Of a stretch of 32,000 bases of DNA, positions 25,092-32,000 are shown piece by piece (positions within the stretch are counted from its first letter, which is position 1; each line of letters opens with the position of its first letter). The position numbers and the translations under genes were made by a program. The stretch comes from Cereibacter sphaeroides 2.4.1 (GTDB lineage: Bacteria > Pseudomonadota > Alphaproteobacteria > Rhodobacterales > Rhodobacteraceae): positions 210,001 through 242,000 of the forward strand of contig NC_007493.2 of the NCBI RefSeq assembly GCF_000012905.2, read 5' to 3'. Under the pieces are notes generated by a model. It was not told the origin of the DNA. It saw nothing but the letters and a program-made list of their open reading frames with translations, and searched no databases.

Positions 25092-25420
25092 TCGGGAGCC
25101 TCAGCCTCGGCCCGGGCCGCCTCGGGGAAGGCGGCGCGGATCGCGTCGCCCAGCAGCCGCGAGGCCTCGGCGAGCCCGATCTCGTCGATCAGGTCGCCCG
25201 CCGCATCCTCGCTCAGCCCCTCGTGGCCCATGCCGGCCCAGATCAGCCGCCGGAGCCGCAGCATGTCGCCCTGCGAGGCCTCGCCCTGCATCGCCACGAT
25301 GGCATCGACGAGGGTCTCCCCGGCCCGCTCCTGATAGCGGACCTGGGCGTTGGTGGTGAGCCGGAGGAAGCGCGCGCGCCCCTCCGCCTCGAACGGGATC
25401 GCGCCACGGATCATGTTCAT
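25040..25420 (-). CDS. Tail assembly chaperone G
   Basis: ATG 25420 overlaps the tail-tube stop (ATGA). Product MNMIRGAIPFEAEGRARFLRLTTNAQVRYQERAG..., 126 aa. Sits between the tube and tape-measure genes. Confidence 0.7.
   Translation of the reverse strand: MNMIRGAIPFEAEGRARFLRLTTNAQVRYQERAGETLVDAIVAMQGEASQGDMLRLRRLIWAGMGHEGLSEDAAGDLIDEIGLAEASRLLGDAIRAAFPEAARAEAEAPEGNAPAPARAKAKPAAA
25085..25091 (-). promoter_or_regulatory. Programmed -1 ribosomal frameshift slippery heptamer G_GGA_AAC
   Basis: Plus strand gtttccc = minus strand GGGAAAC. It is in X_XXY_YYZ register with the G frame (gag gga aac), 14 codons before the G stop. Confidence 0.55.
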
Positions 25421-25857
25421 GCCTCCGTCCCCCGCGTCCAGGTGGGCGCGCCGGTCCCGCGGATGTTGAGGTTGATGCCGACCGGGGCGCCGAGGTCGCC
25501 CGCCTCGAGCTGCGGCACCGGGAAGCCGCGGAACTCGAACACGTCGCCCGTGCTCTGATCCGGCGCGGGCTTCATCGTCACGCGGTAGTAGATCGGGTGC
25601 GCGGCCTCCTGATCGGCGATCATGGCGGCGTAGCCCGCCGAGGTGTAGCCCATCGGGATGGTGATCTGGCCGATGTCCTTCAGCCCCTTGATGTATTCGC
25701 GATAGCCGCCCTCGCTGTCGAGCGAGGTCACGTCCTGATAATCCTGCTCGACGGCAGGCACGGCGATCCCCTTGGCTTCCGGGATCGCGCTCCAGGCGGC
25801 GCCATCGGTGGAGCGCTCCACCTCGGCCCCGTAGGCGATGATCTGTTTCGAGGCCAT
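25417..25857 (-). CDS. Major tail (tube) protein
   Basis: 146 aa, positioned between the DUF3168 terminator protein and the chaperones. Beta-rich sequence typical of siphovirus and GTA tube proteins. Confidence 0.7.
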   Translation of the reverse strand: MASKQIIAYGAEVERSTDGAAWSAIPEAKGIAVPAVEQDYQDVTSLDSEGGYREYIKGLKDIGQITIPMGYTSAGYAAMIADQEAAHPIYYRVTMKPAPDQSTGDVFEFRGFPVPQLEAGDLGAPVGINLNIRGTGAPTWTRGTEA

Positions 25858-25866
25858 CCGGCCCTC

Positions 25867-26247
25867 CTATGCTGAGTAGATGGTGAGAAAGTCGAGCGAG
25901 ACCCGGAAGGGCCGCCCGGTGTCGTCGCCCGGCTCGCGGAGGTCGCGCGCGCCGTCGAGGAAGACACCTCGGAACCCGCCGCCGCTGTGGCCGTGGAGCA
26001 CGGCGCGCACGGCGCGGGAAAGCTGTTTGGCTGCGCCGTAGCTTTCGGCGTAGCAGTCGATCTGGACGCGGGCCCGCTGCAGCCCGTCCGGCCCGGCGAG
26101 GGTCAGCCCCTCGCGGTCGCTCACCGTGGTGAGCACCAGCGCCGGCAGCGGCTCGCCCTGTGGATGGCGGCCGAAGTTCACGCGGCGGCCGACGAGGGTC
26201 GTCACCGCCGGCGCGCCGAGGAGGAGCGCGCGGAGGGCCTCTTCCAT
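25867..26247 (-). CDS. Tail completion/terminator protein (DUF3168-like)
   Basis: MEEALRALLLGAPAVTTLVGRRV...PLPALVLTTVS...ARVQIDCYA pattern typical of DUF3168. 126 aa. Confidence 0.7.
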   Translation of the reverse strand: MEEALRALLLGAPAVTTLVGRRVNFGRHPQGEPLPALVLTTVSDREGLTLAGPDGLQRARVQIDCYAESYGAAKQLSRAVRAVLHGHSGGGFRGVFLDGARDLREPGDDTGRPFRVSLDFLTIYSA

Positions 26248-26250
26248 GGG

Positions 26251-26418
26251 TCAGCCGTCCGAGGCGGGGCGGGGCGCGCGATAGATGTGGCACGGCACTG
26301 TGATGCCGACCGGCGTACGGCTGACGAGCTCGACCGCCATGAGGCCATAGCCATGCTGCGCCGCCAGATCGGAGAGCTGGCGCACCACCGCGTCGGGGTG
26401 CTTCTTCTCATCGGTCAC
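26251..26418 (-). CDS. Small hypothetical phage protein (55 aa), absent from the ORF track
   Basis: GTG overlaps the upstream stop (GTGA). Product VTDEKKHPDAVVRQLSDLAAQHGYGLMAVELVSRTPVGITVPCHIYRAPRPASDG. Strong GC3 bias. It exactly fills the gap between neighbouring genes. Confidence 0.45.
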   Translation of the reverse strand: MTDEKKHPDAVVRQLSDLAAQHGYGLMAVELVSRTPVGITVPCHIYRAPRPASDG

Positions 26419-26888
26419 TTCGCTGCTCCTTTCGCTGCGGCCCGCGCCGCGCGTTTCTCGGCGCGGGTGATCGCCTTCGAGATCTGTTGCCAGAGATCGG
26501 CGCGGAGGCGCTCGAGGAGGGCCTCGCGGTCCTGATCCCAGGCCGGGCGGAGGAAGGGCTGGGCCGCCATGTGGATGTTGCCGAACTCCTGATTGTGCGC
26601 GCTCGGCAGCGGCCCCGCGCCCACGAACATCTCGACGCTGGCCCGGTCGTCGCGGAACATGCGGCGGTGCCGCTTCGCCTGCCGCTTGCTGAGGCGCGTC
26701 CCGACCGTGATCGAGGGCGCGAGCGTTCGGGTGTCGCCGACCGGGGCCTTGCTCTGGGCCAGATCGGCCAGCGGCTGCGCCGCCGTCTTCAGCGCCCGCC
26801 GCAGGGCTGCCTTGCCCGCGGCCTTCGAGAGCTTCGCAAGCTGCGCCTCGATCTCGCGGAGGCCTGTGACGGAGACGGTGACGCTCAT
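26415..26888 (-). CDS. HK97 gp10-family head-tail joining protein
   Basis: MSVTVSVTGLREIEAQLAKL...PVGDTRTL...NQEFGNIHMAAQPFLRPA, a characteristic gp10-family pattern. ATGA overlap with the upstream gene. Confidence 0.75.
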   Translation of the reverse strand: MSVTVSVTGLREIEAQLAKLSKAAGKAALRRALKTAAQPLADLAQSKAPVGDTRTLAPSITVGTRLSKRQAKRHRRMFRDDRASVEMFVGAGPLPSAHNQEFGNIHMAAQPFLRPAWDQDREALLERLRADLWQQISKAITRAEKRAARAAAKGAAK

Positions 26889-27217
26889 CGGTCGGTCCTC
26901 GCGGAACAGGTCAGTTCGAGAAAGCGGCCGCCGGCGCCGCTTTCCTTGATGCCGGAGATCTCGAAGCTGCGCCCCTCGCAGAGGAGCCGGTCCTTCGGGG
27001 TGAGGCCCCTCGCGAAGGCGGTGCGGTGGAGCGTGAAACGGGTGGTGACGCTGGCCGCGATCTCGCCGGCGCTCCAGCGCTCGCCGTCGCTCAGGTCTGC
27101 CTTCGCAGCCCAGATCGGAGCGCCATGATCGGCCCAGACCTCGACCGAGGCGAAGCCGTCGTCGGCGAGCGTGGCCCGCCGGATCTGCACCCGGCGGTCG
27201 AAGCGCGGGGCTCTCAT
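26885..27217 (-). CDS. Head-tail adaptor (head closure) protein
   Basis: FDRRVQIRR...VWADHGAPIWAAKADLSDGERW...FTLHRT...RLLCEGRSFEISGI is typical of the SPP1 gp16 / HK97 gp9-like adaptor family. 110 aa. Confidence 0.75.
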   Translation of the reverse strand: MRAPRFDRRVQIRRATLADDGFASVEVWADHGAPIWAAKADLSDGERWSAGEIAASVTTRFTLHRTAFARGLTPKDRLLCEGRSFEISGIKESGAGGRFLELTCSARTDR

Positions 27218-27720
27218 TCCGACACCATCGGCCGGGCGTAGCGGGCCTGACGGATCAGGCGCTGGATGCCGAAGGAGAGGGGCGGCGCGCTCTCAACGGG
27301 GCCGATCCCGGCGTCATGCCATTCCTTGGCGAGCAGGATCACCGCCTGGCAGAGGCCGCGCGGGATCCGGGCCGGATCCTCGTGGCCGCAGAGCGCGGTG
27401 AGGCTGACCGCGCCCTCCGCCGCCGTCCGCTCGAGCGCGGGCTCGGTGAAGCCGCGGACGAGGCGGGCGGCGGGGGCGGAGATCTCCACGAGCTCGATCA
27501 CCGGGGCGATGGGCAGGTACCAGCGCGACCAGCGCCCGGCCGGGGTCTCGAAGGCGACCAGCCGGGGCATGAGGGCGCGGCGGGCGGCGGTCTCGACCAC
27601 CTCGGTGGCGGCGGCGAGGAGCTCGGCGATCAGGAGATCGTCGTCCGGCCCGTCGAGATGGACCGCCCGCTTGAAGGCCTCGACCGACACCGCGAGCGCC
27701 GGGGGCTCGATCACGCGCAT
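27214..27720 (-). CDS. gp6-like head-tail connector protein
   Basis: ATG at 27720 (the track ORF extends spuriously to 27915). VSVEAFKRAVHLDGPDDDLLIAELLAAATEVVE is the typical N-terminal helix pair of gp6-like connectors. Confidence 0.65.
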   Translation of the reverse strand: MRVIEPPALAVSVEAFKRAVHLDGPDDDLLIAELLAAATEVVETAARRALMPRLVAFETPAGRWSRWYLPIAPVIELVEISAPAARLVRGFTEPALERTAAEGAVSLTALCGHEDPARIPRGLCQAVILLAKEWHDAGIGPVESAPPLSFGIQRLIRQARYARPMVSE

Positions 27721-27724
27721 GGGC

Positions 27725-28015
27725 TCACTTCCGCCGGCCCTGCACCGGAAGATCGGCCGTGCCGGGTGCGGCGGCCGCCGGCGCGGTCTCGGCCGGCGTC
27801 TCGAGCGCGGCCATGGCGGTCTCGAAGCTCGGGGCGGGTTCCGCTGGCGCGGGGGCAGGGGCGGCGGCCGGGATCGCGGCGGGCGCTCCTTCCGCGGGCC
27901 GGTACGGCACGGCATGGACGCCGATCAGGCCTGCGGCCGTGGCGGGATCAAAGCCCGCGGTCTCGCCGCGGTTGTAGCGGTTCCAAGGGCGGATGAAGGT
28001 CACGATGGTCTTCAT
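27725..28015 (-). CDS. Small hypothetical phage head-module protein with a Pro/Ala-rich tail
   Basis: GGAGAG RBS 4 nt upstream of the ATG at 28015. 96 aa. Confidence 0.5.
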   Translation of the reverse strand: MKTIVTFIRPWNRYNRGETAGFDPATAAGLIGVHAVPYRPAEGAPAAIPAAAPAPAPAEPAPSFETAMAALETPAETAPAAAAPGTADLPVQGRRK

Positions 28016-28076
28016 GGATCTCTCCGGGAGAATGGGGGGGAGGCGCCGGGGTGGAGGGGACGGGACGCCGAACGAG

Positions 28077-28104
28077 TTCGGCCCCGGGGAGCGCCGGGGC
28101 CGAA
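28077..28104 (-). terminator. Perfect 11-bp stem hairpin immediately after the major capsid gene
   Basis: TTCGGCCCCGG-6 nt loop-CCGGGGCCGAA, 44 nt after the capsid stop. On the minus strand it is followed by CTCGTTCGG. Confidence 0.45.
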
Positions 28105-28147
28105 GAGGGACGTGGACAGGGGAGGGTGGCGCGCCGCGATCCGGGCG

Positions 28148-29482
28148 TCAGAGCGTCCAGCCCGAGGCGTTGAAGCCGGCAAAGGCCTCGTCATGCGCCG
28201 GCGCGAAGTCGTGCTCGGAGATCGCCCGCATCAGCGTGAGGTCGTTCTGGAAGGCCGAGACGGTCGCCCCGTTGCCGTCGACGAAGGAGGCGTCGGTGGA
28301 GGAGCCCACCACCAGCGCCATGCTGTCGCCGATCATCGCCTCGTCGAAGTCGCCGAAGTAGATCTCGGTCTCGTCGCCGCCCGCGCCCAAGTTGTCGGGG
28401 ATCTGCGAGCTCGTGCGGATCGGGAAGCCCATGAGCTGGGCCGACGCGCCGATGGAGGGAAAGAGCGGGTTGCCGTTCGCGTCCTTCAGGCTCGCGAGCC
28501 AGTTCTTCGTCGAGGCCCGCATGATCCAGCCGGGCGAGACCATGCCCACGTCGGCATCCTCCACGAGCGAGACCGCCCGCCGGATCGCCGCCTCGGCCGC
28601 CGCCGGCGTGGCCGCGACCGGTGCGGCGGACCAGTTCGCGGGCAGCATCCAGTGACGCAGACCCTTCGGCGTGTCGGCGCTGCCGTCGCCGCGCAGGAAG
28701 GCCAGATCCTCGCGGAGCGCCATGACCTTCAGGAGATCGTCGCGCACGAGCTGCGCCATCGCCACGCCCGAGTGCCGCAGGAGCGAGTTGCCGATGGGCA
28801 CCATGCCGACGAGCTTCTTGAAGCTCTGGTCGATCTTGTCGAAGCTGGGCTGGCTCGGCGCGATGGCGGCATTCTCGGCGGCATAGGCGGCGACCGCCGA
28901 GCCCACCTGCTTGGCGTGCCGCATCTCGCCCGCGGGCATCGGCAGGGTGCGGGCGCCCGAGGCGCGCACGACGACCCGGGCGCGCAGCATCTCGATCAGC
29001 TCGGCCGCCTGGGGACGGGGGATGGTGACGCCGCCCGCGCCTTCGCTCGCGCCCGAGAGCGCGGCCGAGATCGCGCCATGGCCCTCGGCTTCGAGGAGAC
29101 GGGCGGCCTTGTCCCGGTCGCCCTTCGTGCGCGCGAGCGCCTGGACCATGAAGCCCGCTGCCACCCCGCGATGCGCCGGATCGGTGGCCACCGCCGGCAC
29201 GGCGTCAGTGCCGGCGGCACCCGTTCCACTCCCGCCGCCCGCACCGTCGCCCTGAGCTGCAGCCGCCTGCGCGGCCTCCACAGCGGCCGCGCGCGTCACG
29301 GCGGCATCGGCCCTGGCGAAGGCGGCTTCGGCGGCGGCAAAGGCCGCGGTCTCGGCCTCGAGCGCGGCGGCGTCCGGTGTCTCTGCCGCCTCGAGCGCGC
29401 CGATGCGGGCGGCCACCGCGGCCATCGTGTCGGCCGCGGCCTTCCGGGCGCGGCGCAGGTCGTCGAGATTCTGTCGTGCCAT
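28148..29482 (-). CDS. HK97-family major capsid protein with N-terminal delta (scaffold-like) domain
   Basis: ATG 29482 with AGAGAGGA RBS. Ala-rich coiled-coil N-terminus (~95 aa). The fold region has LVGMVPIGNSLL, LREDLAFLRGDGS and YFGDFDEAMIGD patterns. Confidence 0.88.
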   Translation of the reverse strand: MARQNLDDLRRARKAAADTMAAVAARIGALEAAETPDAAALEAETAAFAAAEAAFARADAAVTRAAAVEAAQAAAAQGDGAGGGSGTGAAGTDAVPAVATDPAHRGVAAGFMVQALARTKGDRDKAARLLEAEGHGAISAALSGASEGAGGVTIPRPQAAELIEMLRARVVVRASGARTLPMPAGEMRHAKQVGSAVAAYAAENAAIAPSQPSFDKIDQSFKKLVGMVPIGNSLLRHSGVAMAQLVRDDLLKVMALREDLAFLRGDGSADTPKGLRHWMLPANWSAAPVAATPAAAEAAIRRAVSLVEDADVGMVSPGWIMRASTKNWLASLKDANGNPLFPSIGASAQLMGFPIRTSSQIPDNLGAGGDETEIYFGDFDEAMIGDSMALVVGSSTDASFVDGNGATVSAFQNDLTLMRAISEHDFAPAHDEAFAGFNASGWTL

Positions 29483-29735
29483 GGGATCCTCTCTTGGCAG
29501 GGCTGCATCCGCGCAGCCGAAAGCCCCCGCCACGGGCGGGGGATGGGAAGGGGTGAAGGCTGACCGCCTGGCGTGGCTCAGCTCAGAGGTGGATCAGGTG
29601 CAGGCCTGCTGCGGGGCGCCGGCGAGGCGGAGAGGCGGCGGTCCGGCTCGCACCGCAGGTTCGGAGCGAGCGGCTTCTCTTGGACCCGGTCTCCGGATGC
29701 GGCATAGGTGAGACGTCGCAGGCTACGAGGTCGTT

Positions 29736-30479
29736 GTGAACGGCGAGGCGCTTCTGCTCTCGGGGGCATTTCTGGTGACTGCCCTGCTGTATGCGGCGGT
29801 CGGGCAGGCCGGAGCATCGGGTTACATCGCCATCATGGGTCTGGCGGGCTTCGGCCCGCTCGCGATGAAGACGACGGCCCTGTCCCTGAACCTGCTGGTG
29901 GCCGCCATCGGCACCGCCCTCTTCCTGCGGGCAGGACGGCTCTCATGGCAGAATGTCTGGCCCTTCGCCGTCCTGGGCTTTCCCTTCTCGCTCCTCGGAG
30001 GGGCGATCCATCTGCCGGAGGGGATCTACTTTCCGGTTGTCGGCGCGGTTCTCATCCTGTCCGCCCTTCAGATGGCCCGCGCCGCGATCCTGAGCCCGGG
30101 GGTCGGTCCGGCAGTGGTCGGCCGCCCGCCCTTCGCCGCAGCCCTGGCCACGGGGGCGGTCATAGGGTTCGTCTCGGGGACCACCGGCACGGGTGGCGGG
30201 GTCTTCCTTGCCCCGATCATCCTGACGATGAAGTGGGGATCGGCGCGGCAAACGGCAGCCACGACAGCAGTTTACAACCTCATCAACTCCTCTGCGGCCC
30301 TGCTTGGGACTTACGCCGCCTGGGACCAGGCTCCCTCGGCGCTTCCCGTTTGGCTGGTCGCCGTCGCTGTCGGTGGGACCATCGGCGCCTATATCGGGAG
30401 CCGCTATCTGTCTGACCGCTGGCTCCGCGGGACGCTGTCGGTCCTGCTCCTGATGTCGGGCATCAAGCTGATCTGGTGA
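29736..30479 (+). CDS. TauE/SafE (DUF81) family anion-exporter-type membrane protein
   Basis: GTG start. 247 aa with ~7-8 transmembrane helices. Duplicated GxxGGG-type motif (GFVSGTTGTGGGVFLAPIIL). Opposite strand to all flanking phage genes. Confidence 0.85.
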   Translation: MNGEALLLSGAFLVTALLYAAVGQAGASGYIAIMGLAGFGPLAMKTTALSLNLLVAAIGTALFLRAGRLSWQNVWPFAVLGFPFSLLGGAIHLPEGIYFPVVGAVLILSALQMARAAILSPGVGPAVVGRPPFAAALATGAVIGFVSGTTGTGGGVFLAPIILTMKWGSARQTAATTAVYNLINSSAALLGTYAAWDQAPSALPVWLVAVAVGGTIGAYIGSRYLSDRWLRGTLSVLLLMSGIKLIW

Positions 30480-30489
30480 GGAGGTGCCC

Positions 30490-31449
30490 TCAGCTCCGGG
30501 CGAGCGCTGCCGCGGCTGCGGCGCGGGCGGCGAAGGCGCGGCTGGGGCTGCGGGGCTTCGGCGCGGTGCGGGCGGTAAGACGGGCGTAGAAGGCGGCTCG
30601 GGTCTCGCTGCGGTCGGCGAGGCCGCGGCGGATGGCCGCGGGGGCGCGGAAGGTCGCGCCGCCGTCCTGCGGATCGTCTGTCACGCTGAGGCGGGCGGCG
30701 AGCTCGGCCGCCGGGATGGCGCGGCCGGTGGAGACGGCAGCGTGGAAGGCGGCCTCGGCCTCGTCGAGGCTGCGCTGGAGCTCGGCGCGGCCGGCTTCGG
30801 TCGAGGCGTCCGGGCGCTTGGCGCGGGCGTGGCGGGAGCTCATCTCGAAGATCTGCGCGCCGTTGGCACCCGGCTGGACGTGGGCCGCGGCGGTCAGCGC
30901 GATGCCGATGGAGCCCGCCACCGCGCCCGGCGTCATCACGATCTCGGAGGCCTGCGAGGCGAGCCAATAGGCGGCGGACGCGGCCAGTGGCGAGACGAGG
31001 GCATGGACCGGCTTCACGGCGGCCGCGGTGGCGATGGCCTCGGCCGCGGCCTCGATCCCGCAGACGAGGCCGCCGGGGCTGTCGATCTCGAGCACGATGG
31101 CGGCGGCATCCTCGCTGGCGGCGAGGTGGGCCAGCGTCTCGGCCAGACCATGGTAGGTGGCCCAGCCGAACCAGCGCTCGTACTGCGCCATGTTCGGCGT
31201 GAGGATCCCGCGCACCGGCACCACCGCGAGGCCGCGCGCGACGGTGAAGCGGTCGGGGACGGTCGGGCCGGCCGTTGGCCCGTGCGCGAGGGCGGCGGGC
31301 TCGGTTGCGGCCGACAGGATGCTCTCGGAGGGGGCCGATCCGCCGACACCGCCTTCCGGAATGGCGAGGGCGAGGAGGGGCGCCGCGAGATCCTCGGCCA
31401 GCGCCATGGGCTGCAGGGGGCCGAAGAGGCTGGCGAGCGTGCGGGTCAT
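30490..31449 (-). CDS. S49 (SppA/ClpP-fold) prohead maturation protease
   Basis: AIVLEIDSPGGLVCG, PLAASAAYWLASQASEIVMTPGAVAGSIG (Ser nucleophile region). Start overlaps the portal stop (ATGA). Confidence 0.85.
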   Translation of the reverse strand: MTRTLASLFGPLQPMALAEDLAAPLLALAIPEGGVGGSAPSESILSAATEPAALAHGPTAGPTVPDRFTVARGLAVVPVRGILTPNMAQYERWFGWATYHGLAETLAHLAASEDAAAIVLEIDSPGGLVCGIEAAAEAIATAAAVKPVHALVSPLAASAAYWLASQASEIVMTPGAVAGSIGIALTAAAHVQPGANGAQIFEMSSRHARAKRPDASTEAGRAELQRSLDEAEAAFHAAVSTGRAIPAAELAARLSVTDDPQDGGATFRAPAAIRRGLADRSETRAAFYARLTARTAPKPRSPSRAFAARAAAAAALARS

Positions 31450-32000
31450 GGGTCTGTCTCCTCGCTGCGGGTCATGTTCGGCGCCGGGTTCAGCCGGTCG
31501 CCGCCCTCGATCGGATCGTAGCCGTCGATGCGCCTGGCCTCGTTCGGGGTCAGGATCGGGCCGCCCACCGCCTTGGCGAGCGCCTCGAATCTCTCCTTGG
31601 TTGTCGGCCGGAGCAGGGCCCCGAAGTCATGGCGGAAGAAGAGGCCCGCCCGCCGCTCGGCCTCGGTCAGCACGCCGAGCGCGAGCTGGTCCTCGACCTG
31701 TTTCGCCCAATGGAGGAGGCAGTCGGTCAGATAGTCGATGGCCTGCTGCTCGCCATTGGCCTTCACCCCGTATTCCATCATCTGAAGCTTCGCCGGCGGC
31801 ACCCGGTAGATCGCCGCGATCTGCTCGCGGTCGAACTTGCGGCTCCCGAGCAGCTCCTGATCGGCAGCCTTCATGTCGAGCGTCTGCACATCCTCGCCCT
31901 CGCCGAGGATCGGGAAGCCCTCGACCTCCGGCGCGCGGAGGGCCGCGGCCACCCGGCGGGCGCTCCTGACGCGGGCCTCGTCATCCTCATAATCGTCGCG
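31446..32000 (-). CDS. HK97-family portal protein, C-terminal part (5' end outside the window)
   Basis: The frame stays open through position 32000. REQIAAIYRVPPAKLQMME...LTDCLLHWAKQVEDQL...ILTPNEARRIDGYDPIEGGD is the conserved portal C-terminus. Confidence 0.85.
   Translation of the reverse strand, partial: RDDYEDDEARVRSARRVAAALRAPEVEGFPILGEGEDVQTLDMKAADQELLGSRKFDREQIAAIYRVPPAKLQMMEYGVKANGEQQAIDYLTDCLLHWAKQVEDQLALGVLTEAERRAGLFFRHDFGALLRPTTKERFEALAKAVGGPILTPNEARRIDGYDPIEGGDRLNPAPNMTRSEETDP

Larger units (their letters stand above)
12106..32000 (-). mobile_element. HK97-like siphovirus-type prophage late region (head, tail, lysis); continues past the right window edge
   Basis: Collinear minus-strand genes for portal, S49 protease, HK97-type capsid, gp6-like connector, head-tail adaptor, gp10-like protein, DUF3168, tail tube, G/GT, tape measure, distal tail protein, fibre, holin, methylase and endolysin. 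Many have ATGA or GTGA overlaps. Confidence 0.85.

Noticed and set aside
26202-26411. 69-aa minus-strand ORF from the track
   Set aside because: It overlaps the DUF3168 start and has an Arg/Ser-rich composition. A different frame (26251-26418) fits the operon spacing and codon bias better.
12106-32000. Interpretation of the head-tail cluster as an RcGTA-type gene transfer agent
   Set aside because: The gene order resembles GTAs. However, the 1668-aa tape measure, the adjacent holin, endolysin and methylase, and the absence of the GTA-type hub/megatron genes argue for a conventional (possibly defective) prophage. The left part of the phage lies outside the window, so this is not settled.
1-32000. 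CRISPR arrays, rRNA genes, retron-like or other structured tandem DNA repeats
   Set aside because: No regularly spaced direct repeats or rRNA-like segments were seen. The only periodic signal is the in-frame 159-nt repeat inside the fibre gene.

Overview
High-GC (by eye ~65-70%) alphaproteobacterial-type chromosomal segment made of five blocks. (1) 1-4787: 3' part of an NtrC/DctD-type regulator, then a TAXI-family TRAP transporter operon (receptor, fused permease, DUF1850). (2) 4790-5727: decayed Bro-N (antirepressor-type) remnants abutting the 3' end of tRNA-Ser(GCU) (5728-5817, minus strand). (3) 5818-7075: a graveyard of integrase, IS66 and IS5 fragments. (4) ~7040-12010: a ~5 kb low-GC (~47-50% in sampled lines) island. 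It holds two convergent bicistronic operons whose 3' ends overlap by 42 bp. One pairs a dGTPase-family HD hydrolase with a translationally coupled, truncated CCA/poly(A)-polymerase-family nucleotidyltransferase. The other pairs an unrecognisable 214-aa protein with an XRE-HTH/ImmA-IrrE metallopeptidase fusion. This island is my best candidate for an undescribed (defence-type) system. (5) 12106-32000+: late region of an HK97-like siphovirus-type prophage on the minus strand. Gene order is portal, S49 protease, capsid, connectors, tail tube, G/GT chaperones with a GGGAAAC -1 slippery site, a 1668-aa tape measure, distal tail protein, repeat-containing fibre, holin, Dam-like methylase, M15 endolysin. 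Two opposite-strand cargo insertions interrupt it: a TauE/SafE permease between protease and capsid, and an HWE histidine kinase plus receiver pair between the tail and lysis genes. No CRISPR array or rRNA is present. All family assignments come from motif recognition by eye, with no database search.
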